Below are positions 23,963 through 35,053 of a stretch of DNA of 64,000 nt, in pieces. The stretch comes from Squalus acanthias. Lineage: Eukaryota. Position 1 is the first letter of the stretch. Every line of letters begins with the position of its first letter. A program made the position numbers and the translations under genes. Under the pieces are notes generated by a model. That model saw only the letters and a list, made by a program, of their open reading frames with translations, was not told the origin of the DNA and did not search any database. The DNA is taken from NCBI GenBank assembly GCA_030390025.1, contig CM059432.1, positions 142,230,001 through 142,294,000 of the forward strand. Reading direction: 5' to 3'.

Positions 23963-25595
23963 TTTCAAATAAAACTGTTGGACTATAACCTGGTGTTGTG
24001 CGACTTCTCACTTTTGTCCACCCCAGTCCAACACCGGCATCTCCGCATTATCTCCAACAAGTGAGAGTCTAACTACTACCCCTTAACATTCAATGGCATT
24101 ACCATCGCCGAATCCCCCACCATCAACATCCTGGGGGTCACCATTGACCAGAAACTTAACTGGACCAGCCACGTAAATACTGTAACAACAAGAGCAGGTC
24201 AGTGGCTAGGTATTCTGGGTCTCACCTCCTGACTCCCCAAAGCCTTTCTACCATCTACAAGGCACAAGTAAGGAGTGTGATGAAATACTCTCCACTTGCC
24301 TGGATGAGTGCAGCTCCAACAGCACTCAAGGAGCTCGACACCATCCAGGACAAAGCAGCCCGCTTGATTGGTACCCCATCTACCACCTTAAACATTCACT
24401 CCTTCCACCACCGGCGCACCGTGGCTGCAGTCTGTACCATCTACAAGATGCACTGCAGCAACTCGCCAAGGCTTCTTCGGCAGCACCTCCCAAACCTGCG
24501 ACCTCTTCCACCTAGAAGGACAAGAGCAGCAGGCGCAAGGGAACACCACCACCTCCAAGTCACAAACCATCCTGAGTTAGAAGTATATCGGCCGTTCCTT
24601 CTTCATCGCTGGGTCAAAATCCTGAAACTCCCTCCCTAACAGCACTGTGGGAGTACCTTCACCACACGACTGCAGCGGTTCAAGAAGGCGGCTCACCACC
24701 ACCTTCTCAAGGGGCAATTAGGGATGGGCAATAAATGCTGGCCTTGCCAGCGACGCCCACATCCCATAAACGAATTAAAAAAAAACTGAAGTCCCTCATC
24801 CCTGGTACCATTCTAGTAAATCTCCTCTCCAAGGCCGTGACATACTTCCTAAAATGTGGTGGCCAGAATTGGATTAATTATGATTATGATTTCTTGGGAG
24901 AAGCTGAAGCAAGCTTTCACCATTGCTCAAAGCACTTTCTGAAAATTTTTTGTTGTTGATATTTCTCTCCGCCTCGGCTTAGGTTTGCAATTCACCCTGA
25001 TGGTTCCTGGGCTCTCACTCACACACTCGCTCTCCCTAGCACAACCCTCCCCAATGTTAGCAAACCCTAGGACCACTCCTCTCTCTCCCCACCCCCCCCC
25101 CCCCCCACCCCTGCCCCCCTCACCACTAGCACCTGTATACCTAGGACTTCTTCCTTACTTCTGATACCCTCTCTCTTTTCCCCTGCCCCCCCCACCTTTC
25201 TCTTACAGCAAGACCACCGCACTCTCTCACACCCTCCTCTCTAGTGCCATCGTAAACCAGGACCCTCCGAGCCCAGTACTGAGAGACCCTAAGTCTCCTA
25301 CGACTGCTCCTAAATTCTGGAATTGCTTCCAACAGTGCTGCCGCACCCCAGATACGCCTGCTGCAGCCACAGCACCCCAGTGATTCCAGTACTCCTCTCC
25401 CCTGGTGGAACCCGGGGAAGTCTCCCTCACCTGCCACTGGTGCTCCCAGACTGCAATACATAAAAGAAAGAAAGAGTGCATTTTACTTCAGTTCAGAGAA
25501 TGGGGCAAAAGATAGCAGCGATCAAATTAACATGCATATATATTGGTTGCCTGGAAAGTAAACGTGAATTGAGACATTTCGGCATTTCTTTTCAG

Positions 25596-25631
25596 GATCT
25601 GACCGAGGAGAAAATGAACAGATGGAAAACT
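25596..25631 (+). CDS. CNOT10: CNOT10 36-nt micro-exon
   Basis: ttttcag|GA TCT...AAC T|gtaagt; GSDRGENEQMEN, symmetric phase 1/1. Confidence 0.9.
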
Positions 25632-25662
25632 GTAAGTATACGTTTAAAAACATCATATTTAG

Positions 25663-25925
25663 GAACAAAAGCAAAATACTGTGGATGCTGGAAATCTGAA
25701 ATAAAAATGGAATGCTGGAAATACTCAGCAGGTCAGGCAGCATCTGTGGGGAGAGAAACCGATCTAACATTTCAGGTCGATGATCTCTCGTCAGAACTGG
25801 AAGAAGTTGGAGAATCACCAGTTTTTAAGCCAGTACAGAGGCGGGGAAAAAGTGGGGAGTGGAGGAGAAGGAAAGAACAAAGGGTGGAGGGCAGGAGTGA
25901 TTAAATGACAAAAGGGAGGATGATG
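25663..25925 (-). mobile_element. PLE family B 3' fragment with degenerate hammerhead
   Basis: Homologous to 26799-27070. Confidence 0.8.
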
Positions 25926-26179
25926 GATCCTATATAGAAAGTGTCAGTCTCAAAACTTTTTAATGCACTTTTTATGCCTCAGAAAACTAAAGTTTGTCTT
26001 TCTTAAATTATATCTGACCAGTAATACCTTGAATGACTTACTCCAGTGATGCACATAATTCATCGGGGAGAGAAAACTGGAAGAGTTTGCTGTAATACCA
26101 TCTATGATGGATATTTTGGGTTGGTTCTCTTGCCTTGTGGGTCAAGAACCATATAATTAAAGTGTTAAAAACGTCTTGA

Positions 26180-26630
26180 TGTCCCGCTCACCCATCACCC
26201 CTGTGCTTGCTGGCCTACATTGGCTCCCGGTCCGGCAACACCTCGATTTATAAAAAAAAAAATTCTCCTCCTTGTATTCAAATCCCTCCATGGCCTCGCA
26301 CCTCCCTATCTTTTTAACCTCCTCCAGCCCTGCAACCCGCCGAGATCTCTGTTCCTCCAATTCTGGCCTCTTGCGCATCCCCGATTTCCTTCAACCCACC
26401 ATTGGTGGCTGTGCTTTCAGCTGTCTGGGCTCTAAGCTCTGGAATTCCCTCACTAAACCTCTCCACTCCTTTAAGACTCTCATTAAAACCTACCTCTTCG
26501 ACCAAGCTTGGTTACCTGTCCTCGTTTCTCCTGCTTGTGGCTCGGCGTCCAATTGTTTTTTGAGAACGCTCCTGTTAAATGCCGTGGGCCGTTTACTATG
26601 TTAAAGGCGCTATATAAATGCAAGCTGTTG
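26180..26630 (+). mobile_element. L2 LINE 3' fragment
   Basis: Same family. Confidence 0.85.
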
Positions 26631-26896
26631 AGTGGAGTCTTCCTGCTCAGGACCTGTCTCTACGCTATGCTCACCTGGCCTTCGGCCACATTTATCGGTT
26701 CCATACAGAGAAATGATGGAGCCCCAGCTCAGCCAGACTCTCTTTTTTGTATGTTAAAATAACAAAAAAGAATTCAAAGCCCGCTGAAGAAAACGTACAA
26801 AAGCAAAATACTGCGGATGCTGGAAATCTGCAATAAAAACAGACAATGCTGGAAATACTCAGCAGGTCAGGCAGCATCTGTGGAGAGAGAAACAGC

Positions 26897-26931
26897 GTTG
26901 ACGTTTCAGGTCGATGACCCTTCGTCAGAAC
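26897..26931 (-). ncRNA. Minimal hammerhead motif (family B), intact, GUC triplet
   Basis: GUU-CUGACGA-A-GGGUC auc GACCU-GAAA-CG-UC-AAC. Confidence 0.75.
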
Positions 26932-27207
26932 TGGAAAAAAATTAGAGATGTAACAGATTTTAAGCAAGTACAGAGGCTGGGGAAGGGAGAGGGGGGAAGG
27001 GAGAAGAAAACAAAAGGGAAGGTCTGTGACAGGGTGGAAGGCAGGAGAGATTAAATGACAAAAGGGATGGTGGTGGAAGGCAAAAGGAGATGGTAATGGG
27101 ACAAGTAAAAGACAAAAGATGGGTCGAGAAGAGGTGTAAATGGGAATAGCTGTCCAAAAAAATGGGTCGCACAACACCAGGTTATAGTCCAACAGTTTTA
27201 TTTTAAA

Positions 27208-27245
27208 TCACAAGCTTTCGGAGTTACAACTCCTTCGTCAGGTGA
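27208..27245 (-). ncRNA. Minimal hammerhead motif (family A)
   Basis: UCAC-CUGACGA-A-GGAGU ugua ACUCC-GAAA-GC-UU-GUGA. Confidence 0.75.
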
Positions 27246-27278
27246 AGTGAGGAGATACAGATTCTGTATCTCCTCACT

Positions 27279-27316
27279 TCACCTGACGAAGGAGTTGTAA
27301 CTCCGAAAGCTTGTGA
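27279..27316 (+). ncRNA. Minimal hammerhead motif (family A)
   Basis: Exact mirror of 27208-27245. Confidence 0.75.
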
Positions 27317-27774
27317 TTTAAAATAAAACTGTTGGACTATAACCTGGTGTTGTGCGACCTCTCAATTTTGTCCACCCCAGTCCAACACCGGCATCTCCGC
27401 ATCAAAAAAATGGGAGCAGTGGTTATGATCTGAAACTGTTGAACTCGATGTTGAGTCTGGAAGGCTGAAAAGTGCCTAATCGAGGAACAGCACATCATCT
27501 TTCGATTAGTTAGGATTTGGAACGCACTGTCTGTGGTGGTGGAAGCAGATTCAATAGTAACCTTCAAAAGGGAATTGGATAACTACTTGAAGGAGGAAAA
27601 AAATTGCAGGGGTATGGGGAAAGAGCGGGGGAGTGAGACTAACCGGATCGCTCTTCAAAAGAGCCGGCGCAGACTCGATGGGCCGAATGGCGGCCTCCTG
27701 TGCTGTACTGTTCTATGATTCTAAGTTTAAAATGTAGGTCTTCTAACTATATTTTTATTTTGTGCATTTAACAG

Positions 27775-27902
27775 CTGGAAAACAGATACTGCAGTGTTAC
27801 CCCAATTCTGTTACATCTGCTTGTGCAATGATGCTCTTCAACCTTGGCAGTGCATATTGTCTACGCAGTGAATATGACAAGGCACGCAAATGTCTTCACC
27901 AG
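27775..27902 (+). CDS. CNOT10: CNOT10 coding exon
   Basis: acag|CT GGA...CAG|gtgaga; [43 protein letters not shown]. Confidence 0.95.
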
Positions 27903-28364
27903 GTGAGAAACACAAGACCGTGTAATTAAGCCCAGTCCATCCAGATCGATCGATTTGCATCTAGTTCCGTTCGTAACGTCATGCCTTTTAAATCAGAGCG
28001 CATCCATGAGGTTCAAATAACCCCTGTCTGTTCAGTTACCAGTCACACATCTAATTGACTAAACGTAAACCAACCAAAATGAGGGAAAACCGCAGACATT
28101 TTAGTGCGGGAGGAGGCCATCCTTGCTTGTCTGAATTCAGGCACCACCTTGGGGGCTGGTTTTACTCCCCATACCCTTTTGTATCCAGTATCTGCCTGAA
28201 TGCTGCAGGTGATTTAACATCGCTCACCACTTGTGGCAAACACTGTGCAGAATAAAGTTTGTCTAATTTTCCCCTCTATGTGCTAATCTTGAGATCCCGG
28301 TAAATCTGCATTGCACTTTCTTCCTTCTTGCTATAATCCCATTTGCCGTCTGGATGTTTCATTT

Positions 28365-29420
28365 TCCGCACTTCTGCTCTCGCCCCTTCCCCTCCCTCCC
28401 AGAACCACGACAGGATTCCCCTTGTCCTCACCTTTCACCCCACCAGCCTCCACATTCAACGGATCATCCTGCGCCATTTCCGCCACCTCCAGTGTGATCC
28501 CACCACCAAACGCATCTTCCCCTCACCTCCCCTTTCAGCATTCCGAAGGGACTGCTCCCTCTGCGACACCCTGGTCCACTCCTCTATCACCCCCAACATC
28601 CCTTCCCCTTTGCCCGGCACCTTCCCGTGCAAGCGCAGGAGATGCAACACCTGCCCTTTTACCTCCCCCCTTCCCACTCTCCAGGGCCCCAAACACTCCT
28701 TCCAGGTGAAACAGCGATTTACTTGTACTTCTTGCAATCTAGTTTACTGTATTCGCTGCTCACGATGCGGTCTCCTCTACATTGGGGAGACCAAACACAG
28801 ATTGGGTGACCGCTTTGCGGAACACCTCCGTTCAGTCCGTAAGCGGGACCCCGAGCTTCCGCTCGCCTGTCACTTTAATTCTCCGCGTCACTCCCACACT
28901 GATCTCTCCGTCCTCGGCCTCTTACACTATTCCAATGAAGCTCAACGTAAGCTCGAGGAACAGCACCTCATCTTTCGATTAGGCACTTTACAGCCTTCTA
29001 GACGTAACATCGAGTTCAACAATTTCAGACCAGAACCTCGTCTCCTATTTTTTTCCCCTTTTTCTTGCACATGGTAGCTGTTGATGATTCTGCCATTGCC
29101 ATTTACACCTCATCTAGTCATCTTTTGTTTCTTAACTTGTCCCATTACCATCTCCTTTTCCCTTGCACCATCATCCCTTTTGTCTCTTAATCTCTCCTGC
29201 CTTCCACCCTATCACAGACCTTCCCTTTGTTCTTTCCTCCCCTCCTCCCTGTCCCTGCTCCACACTTGCTTAAGTTATTTCTCTAACCTTTTCCAGTTCT
29301 GACAAAGGGTCCTCGACCCGAAACGTTAACACTCTTTCTCTCCTCGATGCTGCCTGACCTGCTGAGTGCTTCCAGCATTTTCTGTTATTTCAGATTTCCA
29401 GCCTCCGCAGTATTTTGCTA
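28365..29420 (+). mobile_element. Penelope-like retroelement, family B, 3' part with GIY-YIG endonuclease
   Basis: ORF 28343-29077: IPLVLTFHP...C..C..C...NLVYCIRCSRCGLLYIGETKHRLGDRFAEHLRSV...HF...H...EQHLIFRLGTLQP; tail with degenerate hammerhead (CUGACAA) at 29296-29330. Confidence 0.9.
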
Positions 29421-29560
29421 TTGTCATGTGAGATGTACTCGTTTGTGTATAAAACAAAAGTGATGCACGCTAATCCCTGGGGCACCCCACTAGCTGCCAC
29501 CTGCCAGTTGGAAAAACATCCATTTATCATAACCCCTTGCTGTCTGGCTGTCAGCCATTT

Positions 29561-31640
29561 ACATAGGATATACGGCACAGAAACAGGCCATTCAGCCCAA
29601 CCAGTCCATGCTGGCGTTTATGCTCCACTTGAGCTTCCTCCTGTCTTTCCTCATCTAACTCTATCAACATAACCCTCTATTCCTTTCTCCCTCATATGCT
29701 TATCTAGCCTCCCTTTAAATGCATCTATACTATTCGCTTCAACCACTCCCTGTGGTAGCGAGTTCCACATTCTCACCACTCTCTGGGTAAAGAAGTTTCT
29801 TCTGAATTCCCTATTTGATTTCTTGGTGACTATCTTATATTGATGGCCTCTAGTTTTACTCTTCTGCACAAGTGGAAACACTAACTCTGTGTCTACTCTA
29901 TCATAACCTTTCATAATTTTAAAGACCTCTATTAGGTCAAGAGAAAAGAGACCCAGCCTGTTCATCCTTTCCTGATAGGTATACCCTCGCATTTCTGGTA
30001 TCATCCTTGTAAATCTTTTTTGCACCCTCTCTAGTGCCTCTATATCCTATTTATAATATGGCGACTAGAATTGTACACAGTACTCCAAGTGTGGTTTAAC
30101 CAAGGTTCGATACAAATTTAGCATAACTTCTCTACTTTTCAATTCTATCCCTCTAGAAATAAACCTTAGTGCTTGGTTGCTTTTTTATGGCTTATTAACC
30201 TGTGTTACTACTTTTAATGACTTGTGTGTTTGTACTCCGAGATCCCTTTGCTCTTCTACCCCATTTAGATTAGTATTTTCCAAGTAATATGTGACCTCCC
30301 TATTTTTCTTACCAAAATGTAATACCTCACATTTATCTGTGTTGAAATTCATTTGCCAATTGTATGCTCATTCTGCAAGTTTATTAATGTCGTCTTGTAA
30401 TTTGTTGCAGTCCTCCTCGGTATTGACTATCTCTCTCTCTCTCTTCTCCCCCCCACCCCCAAATTTTTTTTAATGTCATCCGCCAATTTAGAAATTGTGT
30501 TTTTGATTCCAAAGTCTAACTTGTGAACAACATTGGTCCCAGCACTGATCCTTGTGGAACACCACTTCCCACCTTATGCCACTCTGAATAGCTACCCTTT
30601 ATCCTTGCTCTCTGCTTTCTGTCTTGAAGCCAGCTAGCTATCCATTCTGCTACTTGTCCCCTGACTCTGCATTCTCTGACCTTGTTCATTAGTCTATTAT
30701 GTGGTACCTTATCGAAGGCTTTTTGAAAATCTAGATGGACTACATCTACTACATTACCCTTGCCTACTCTCTCTGTTACCTCTTCAAAAAATTCAGTGAA
30801 GTTGGTTGAGCAAGACTTTCCCTTTTTGAAATCCATGCTGACTATTTATTATATTTTTGGTATCTAGATGTTCTATTTTCACCTTTAGTAGGGATTCCAT
30901 TATTTTTCCTACCTAGAGTGTTAAACTGACTGGTCTGTAGTTCCCTGGACATGTTCTATCTCCTTTCTTAAATATAGGTATTATATTAGCTATCCGCCAG
31001 TCCTCTGGCACTACACCTTTTTCTAATTAATTATTAAATATGTGTAGTAGAGCCTCTGCTATCTCTTCCCTAGATTTAAAAAAAAATGCACGGATGCAAT
31101 CCATCCAGACCAGGATTTTATCCTCTGAGTTTGATTAGTTTATTTAATATTTCTCCTCTCTTTATTTTAAATGGGGTTATCTCATTTCTAATCTCATCAT
31201 CTGATGTTATGTTCACCTGGTCTGTCTCCCTGGTAAATACTGAAGCAAAGTAATTATTTAATATTTCTGCCATTTCTCTATTGCTGTCTGTGATTTTATC
31301 CTGTCCATCCCTTAGTGGCCCTATTCCCATCCCAACTTTTTTTTATTTATGTGCCTGTAGAATATTTTACTATTTTGTTTTATGTTCCTTGATGATTTAA
31401 TTTCATAGTTCATCTCTGCCTTCCTAATTGTTTTTTTGACTTCTCTCCTAATCTCTTCGTATTCTCCCTCTCCGCTGCTCTCCATGTACTTAGTGTATGG
31501 CTCTCTCCTTGCCCTCAATTTTTCCCATATGTCTTTGTTCATCGCATTAGTGTTTGTCTTGTTTTTGTTTTTTAGTGGAATATATTTTTCCTGGCCATTA
31601 GCCTTGGAATCGCTTTCCTGTTTATCCCACGGGCTATCAT
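29561..31640 (-). mobile_element. CR1 LINE, about 2-kb degenerate ORF2 fragment
   Basis: ORFs 29651-30025, 30516-30836 (DFQKAFDKVPH, GVPQGSVLGP), 31118-31542. Confidence 0.92.
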
Positions 31641-32795
31641 TTACCCAGTCAATTTCTTATGCGGCACTTTATCAAATGTCCATATAAACCACATTAACTG
31701 AATGACCCCATCTGTACTTCCATTATTCCCTCAAAAAGCTCTAATAGGTTAGTCAGACTTGACCTAGCCATCGCAAATCCATGTTGACTATCTCTGATTA
31801 GCCCATGCCTTTCTTAGTATTTGTTTTATTTTATCTTTAATTGTGGTCTCTTGTAATTTTCCTACTATTGATGCAAGGATGACTAGTTGATATCCCTGTT
31901 TCCCTGTTTTTAAGCGCAGGTGTAATACTTGTCACCCTCTAGTCCTTTGGCACAGCTTCTGTCTCTGTTGAATTTTGAAAAATTATGGTTAGTCCCCACT
32001 TCACTAACCTCTCTCTGTATTCTTGGTTGCATACCAGCTGGACCTGGATACTTTTAGCACCCTCATCCCCTTAAGAATTCCCTTATGTATATAATCCATT
32101 GCTTTCCCCTTGCTTCAGTACTTAGAGGAGAGTGAAAGAAGTCTTAAAAGGCTTCTGGATGAATAAGTAAAGTATTTAAGTGACTGCCATTTCCTTATAT
32201 ACCTTAATAATCTCATTGTTTTTGAGTAGCCCACCTCTCTTTCATGAATCTTTTTCCTGAAGTGTTAATAAAAACTTTTGTCATCTCCCTTTCCGTTAGC
32301 TGCAAGTGTTTCTTTATAATCCCTCTTGTCTCTCCTTACCCGCTCTCTGTTTCTATTTGTAGATTATCATAGAAACATAGAAAAATAGGAGCAGGAGTCG
32401 GCCATTCGGCCCTTCGAGCCTGCTCCGCCATTCAGTATGATCATGGCTGATCCTCTATCTCAATACCATATTCCCGCTCTCTGCCCATACCCCTTGATGC
32501 CTTTTGTGTCTAGAAATCTATCTATCTCCTTAAATATATTCAGTGACTTGGCCTCCACAGCCTTCTGTGGTAGAGAATTCCACAGGTTCACCACCCTCTG
32601 ACTGTTTCATGTGACTATTTTCTGAGAGAATGGAGAATGGTGAATAATGCAGACAGTGGGTGCAGTAGATGAAGTTTATATGGGCTTCCAGAAAGCATTT
32701 CATAAAGCGCTGCAGCTTTGTCATGTCCTTACTAAAGAAAAGTCTAACTGTATAATAGCCCATTCTTCTGTTTTCCTTTTGTGTTTAAATTGGAG

Positions 32796-32871
32796 GCTGC
32801 TTCGATGGTTAATCCTAAAGAGATTCCCCCTGAAGGTATCCTACTGGCTGTTTATCTTGAATTGCAGAATG
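32796..32871 (+). CDS. CNOT10: CNOT10 coding exon
   Basis: ttggag|GCT GCT...AAT G|gtaagt; [25 protein letters not shown]. Confidence 0.92.
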
Positions 32872-33085
32872 GTAAGTTCCCATCTAATTGCGATCACGAA
32901 GGCTACTACTTGAAATGTATTTAAAATATCACCTTGTAACCAAAACATGTAGAGACAAAGGAAAATGATTCCTTCCTGGCCTTGTTTGAATAAGCCATGA
33001 TGCGGAGATGCCGGTGTTGGACTGGGGCGGACAAAAGTGAGAAGTCGCACAACACCAGGTTATAGTCCAACAGCTTTATTTGAAA

Positions 33086-33122
33086 TCACAAGCTTTCGGA
33101 GCGCTGCTCCTTCGTCAGGTGA
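33086..33122 (-). ncRNA. Minimal hammerhead motif (family A)
   Basis: UCAC-CUGACGA-A-GGAGC agc GCUCC-GAAA-GC-UU-GUGA. Confidence 0.75.
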
Positions 33123-33132
33123 CTTCTTCACT

Positions 33133-33170
33133 TCACCTGACGAAGGAGCAGCCGCTCCGAAAGCTTGTGA
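33133..33170 (+). ncRNA. Minimal hammerhead motif (family A)
   Basis: UCAC-CUGACGA-A-GGAGC agcc GCUCC-GAAA-GC-UU-GUGA. Confidence 0.75.
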
Positions 33171-34876
33171 TTTCAAATAAAGCTGTTGGACTATAACCTG
33201 GTGTTGTGCGACTTCTCACATTTGTTTGAATAAGTAATGGTTCATTGTTTTTATTATGTGGGTTACCGGTGTGTACAGAAAGTTTATTTGTGGGGGTGAG
33301 GTAGCGGAGAAGTGGTTTGATGGCGCAAACGTTCCTTGTCTGTGGGACTAGTTTTCAATGAAGTTCCCTGCTATAAAAATCCCAATTCTTCCTAAATGGA
33401 TGTGGAAGTTAAACAATAAGGAAGTTCTTCTATCCAATGGGGAGATAATGTGGGGACCCCTGGCCCTTCGACAGAAATCCTAGCCGGTGTGTCGGGTGAT
33501 GCTCCTGACTCTCGGGCTCACTTTGAGGCTGCTCCCACTGTCCAAGTTCCTTTCGTCAGCAGCAGATGCCTCCTATTGGGGTACATTCACCAGTCTTGTG
33601 CTTGAAGAGAGCACGGGTCGGAGTATTGGTACAACAACAACAACAACTTGTATTTATGTCACACCTTTTAACCTAGTAAAACGTCCCAAGGCGCTTCACA
33701 GGAGCATTACCAAACAAAATTTGACACCGAGTCACATAAGGAGATATTAGGACAGATAGGCAAAGAGGTAGGTTTTAAGGAGCGTTTTAAAGGAGGAACG
33801 AGAGAGGTGCAGAGGCGGTGAGGTTTACGGAGGGAATTCCAGAGCTTTGAGCCCAGACAGCTGAATGCACGGCCACTAATGGCGGAGCAATGAAAATCGG
33901 GCATGCTCAAGAGGCCAGAATTGGAGGAGCACAGAGATTTTGGAGGGTTGTCGGGCTTGTAAGCGGTTTTTGATCCTAGCCCAATTGCTAGATGGACGGT
34001 TCGAATCGCCCCCGCCTTACGAGAGTTCTATACCCGGGAATTATTATTCAGAGTGTAAATGAAATAAGTCACGGACAGGAATGCTTCGGTGAAAAATCAA
34101 ACTTATATTTATTTGGTCTAACATACACTGGCTAAAACATGCACTACTAAACGAAATCACTGTCTCTGTGGAGAATAAAAATCCAGGTTACAAACAACAT
34201 ACATACAGTATCCAACTGGGGACTATCACAAGCCGTAATTCCCTTGTTGCTATGGTGGACTCTAATTCCACCCCTACCAACGAATCACCCAGTCGCATAA
34301 GCCCCTTCGCCTGGCTGAACCAAACGAAGCTCCCACCCTCGGAACAGCCCAAAAAACTTCACTTTTGAGAAAACTCAGCCCTTTCAGCTCACCCAGCTCG
34401 CCTGGGATATTGGGTTACCGGCTTGGGACACTGGAGACCATGCTTACCCCCACACGCAGTCGGTTTCGATCGCTCCACTCGGCGGCTCCTCTGGTACTTC
34501 TTGTTAGGTCGATCTTGTTGGAGCGAGAGAGAGAATGGTGGGAAAGGATCTATCTTTATAGGAGTCTCGCTACCCCTATCTTTCCCGCCAATCTTTAAAA
34601 TCCTTTTGTTTCTAAGCACTCCGGTGCTTAATCAGTGATGGGTCATCCTCAGACCCATGTGTACTCCGTGATTGGACTAATGGCCCCAAGTCTGGGACAT
34701 ATTTCGGTCTCTGTGTTGGGGAAAAACTGGCTCCTCTCCGGCTGGCTAGGCCAGTGGGTTCATTGTTCTGCTTCTCTTCTGAGATGGAGGTGAGAAGTGC
34801 TTTTGCATATTCGAGTGGCCTTCTAATAGATTCAAGTTCAACGGGTGCCTCAGGGTCCTCAGCCCCTTTGTCAATG

Positions 34877-35053
34877 TCATCTGGCAGTGTTCTCTGACTA
34901 TATATGCTGTGCCTATATGCATCTCTTCACTTCACCTGACGAAGGAGCAGCGCTCCGAAAGCTTGTGATTTCAAATAAAGCTGTTGGACTATAACCTGGT
35001 GTTGTGCGACTTCTCACATTTGTCCACCTCAGTCCAACACCGGCATCTCCACA
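34877..35053 (+). mobile_element. PLE family A 3' fragment without inverted arm, inside the solo LTR
   Basis: Homologous to about 23880-24045; TSD cctttgtcaatg at 34865-34876 and 35054-35065. Confidence 0.85.
34932..34968 (+). ncRNA. Minimal hammerhead motif (family A), no adjacent antisense arm
   Basis: UCAC-CUGACGA-A-GGAGC agc GCUCC-GAAA-GC-UU-GUGA. Confidence 0.75.

Larger units (their letters stand above)
22872..24048 (+). mobile_element. Penelope-like retroelement, family A, 5'-truncated with about 510-bp inverted arm
   Basis: 23382-23606 encodes a PLE GIY-YIG-type C-terminus (LPVGEHF..H..DLRV..RKIIEQKLIAKFRTHEDGLNRD..*); arms 22872-23382 and 23511-24017; TSD tatctccaacaa at 22864-22875 and 24049-24060. 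Confidence 0.88.
22590..24785 (+). mobile_element. Jockey-group (CR1/L2-related) LINE 3' part, interrupted by the PLE
   Basis: GVPQGSVLGP, FADD, WADKWQITF, LGVTID..LNW, YKAQVRS motifs; A-rich tail; same 3' end recurs at about 39850-40240(-), 42820-42945(+), 55400-55592(+), 60335-60580(-). Confidence 0.85.
22160..24872 (-). mobile_element. CR1 fragment (22160-22589 and about 24783-24872) split by a second LINE and a PLE
   Basis: ORF 22232-22519; CR1 sequence resumes at actgaagtccctcatccctgg after the inserted LINE. Confidence 0.8.
27165..27402 (+). mobile_element. PLE family A mini-insertion with 195-bp palindrome (27165-27359)
   Basis: Same 3' terminus as the 23-kb element; centre at 27262; TSD caaaaaaatggg at 27155-27166 and 27403-27414. 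Confidence 0.88.
26799..27509 (-). mobile_element. PLE family B 3' fragment interrupted by the family A palindrome
   Basis: Reverse complement of about 28950-29420; short inverted 5' end at 27481-27509. Confidence 0.85.
32995..33221 (-). mobile_element. PLE family A mini-insertion, palindromic
   Basis: Complete 3' end on the left (minus strand); arms about 33037-33122 and 33133-33219; TSD ttgtttgaataag at 32982-32994 and 33222-33234. Confidence 0.88.

Noticed and set aside
22872..24017. Large inverted repeat as a DNA transposon or assembly artefact
   Set aside because: One arm extends by about 30 nt of unique 3' end, the loop encodes a PLE endonuclease remnant, the arms have diverged and a TSD flanks it
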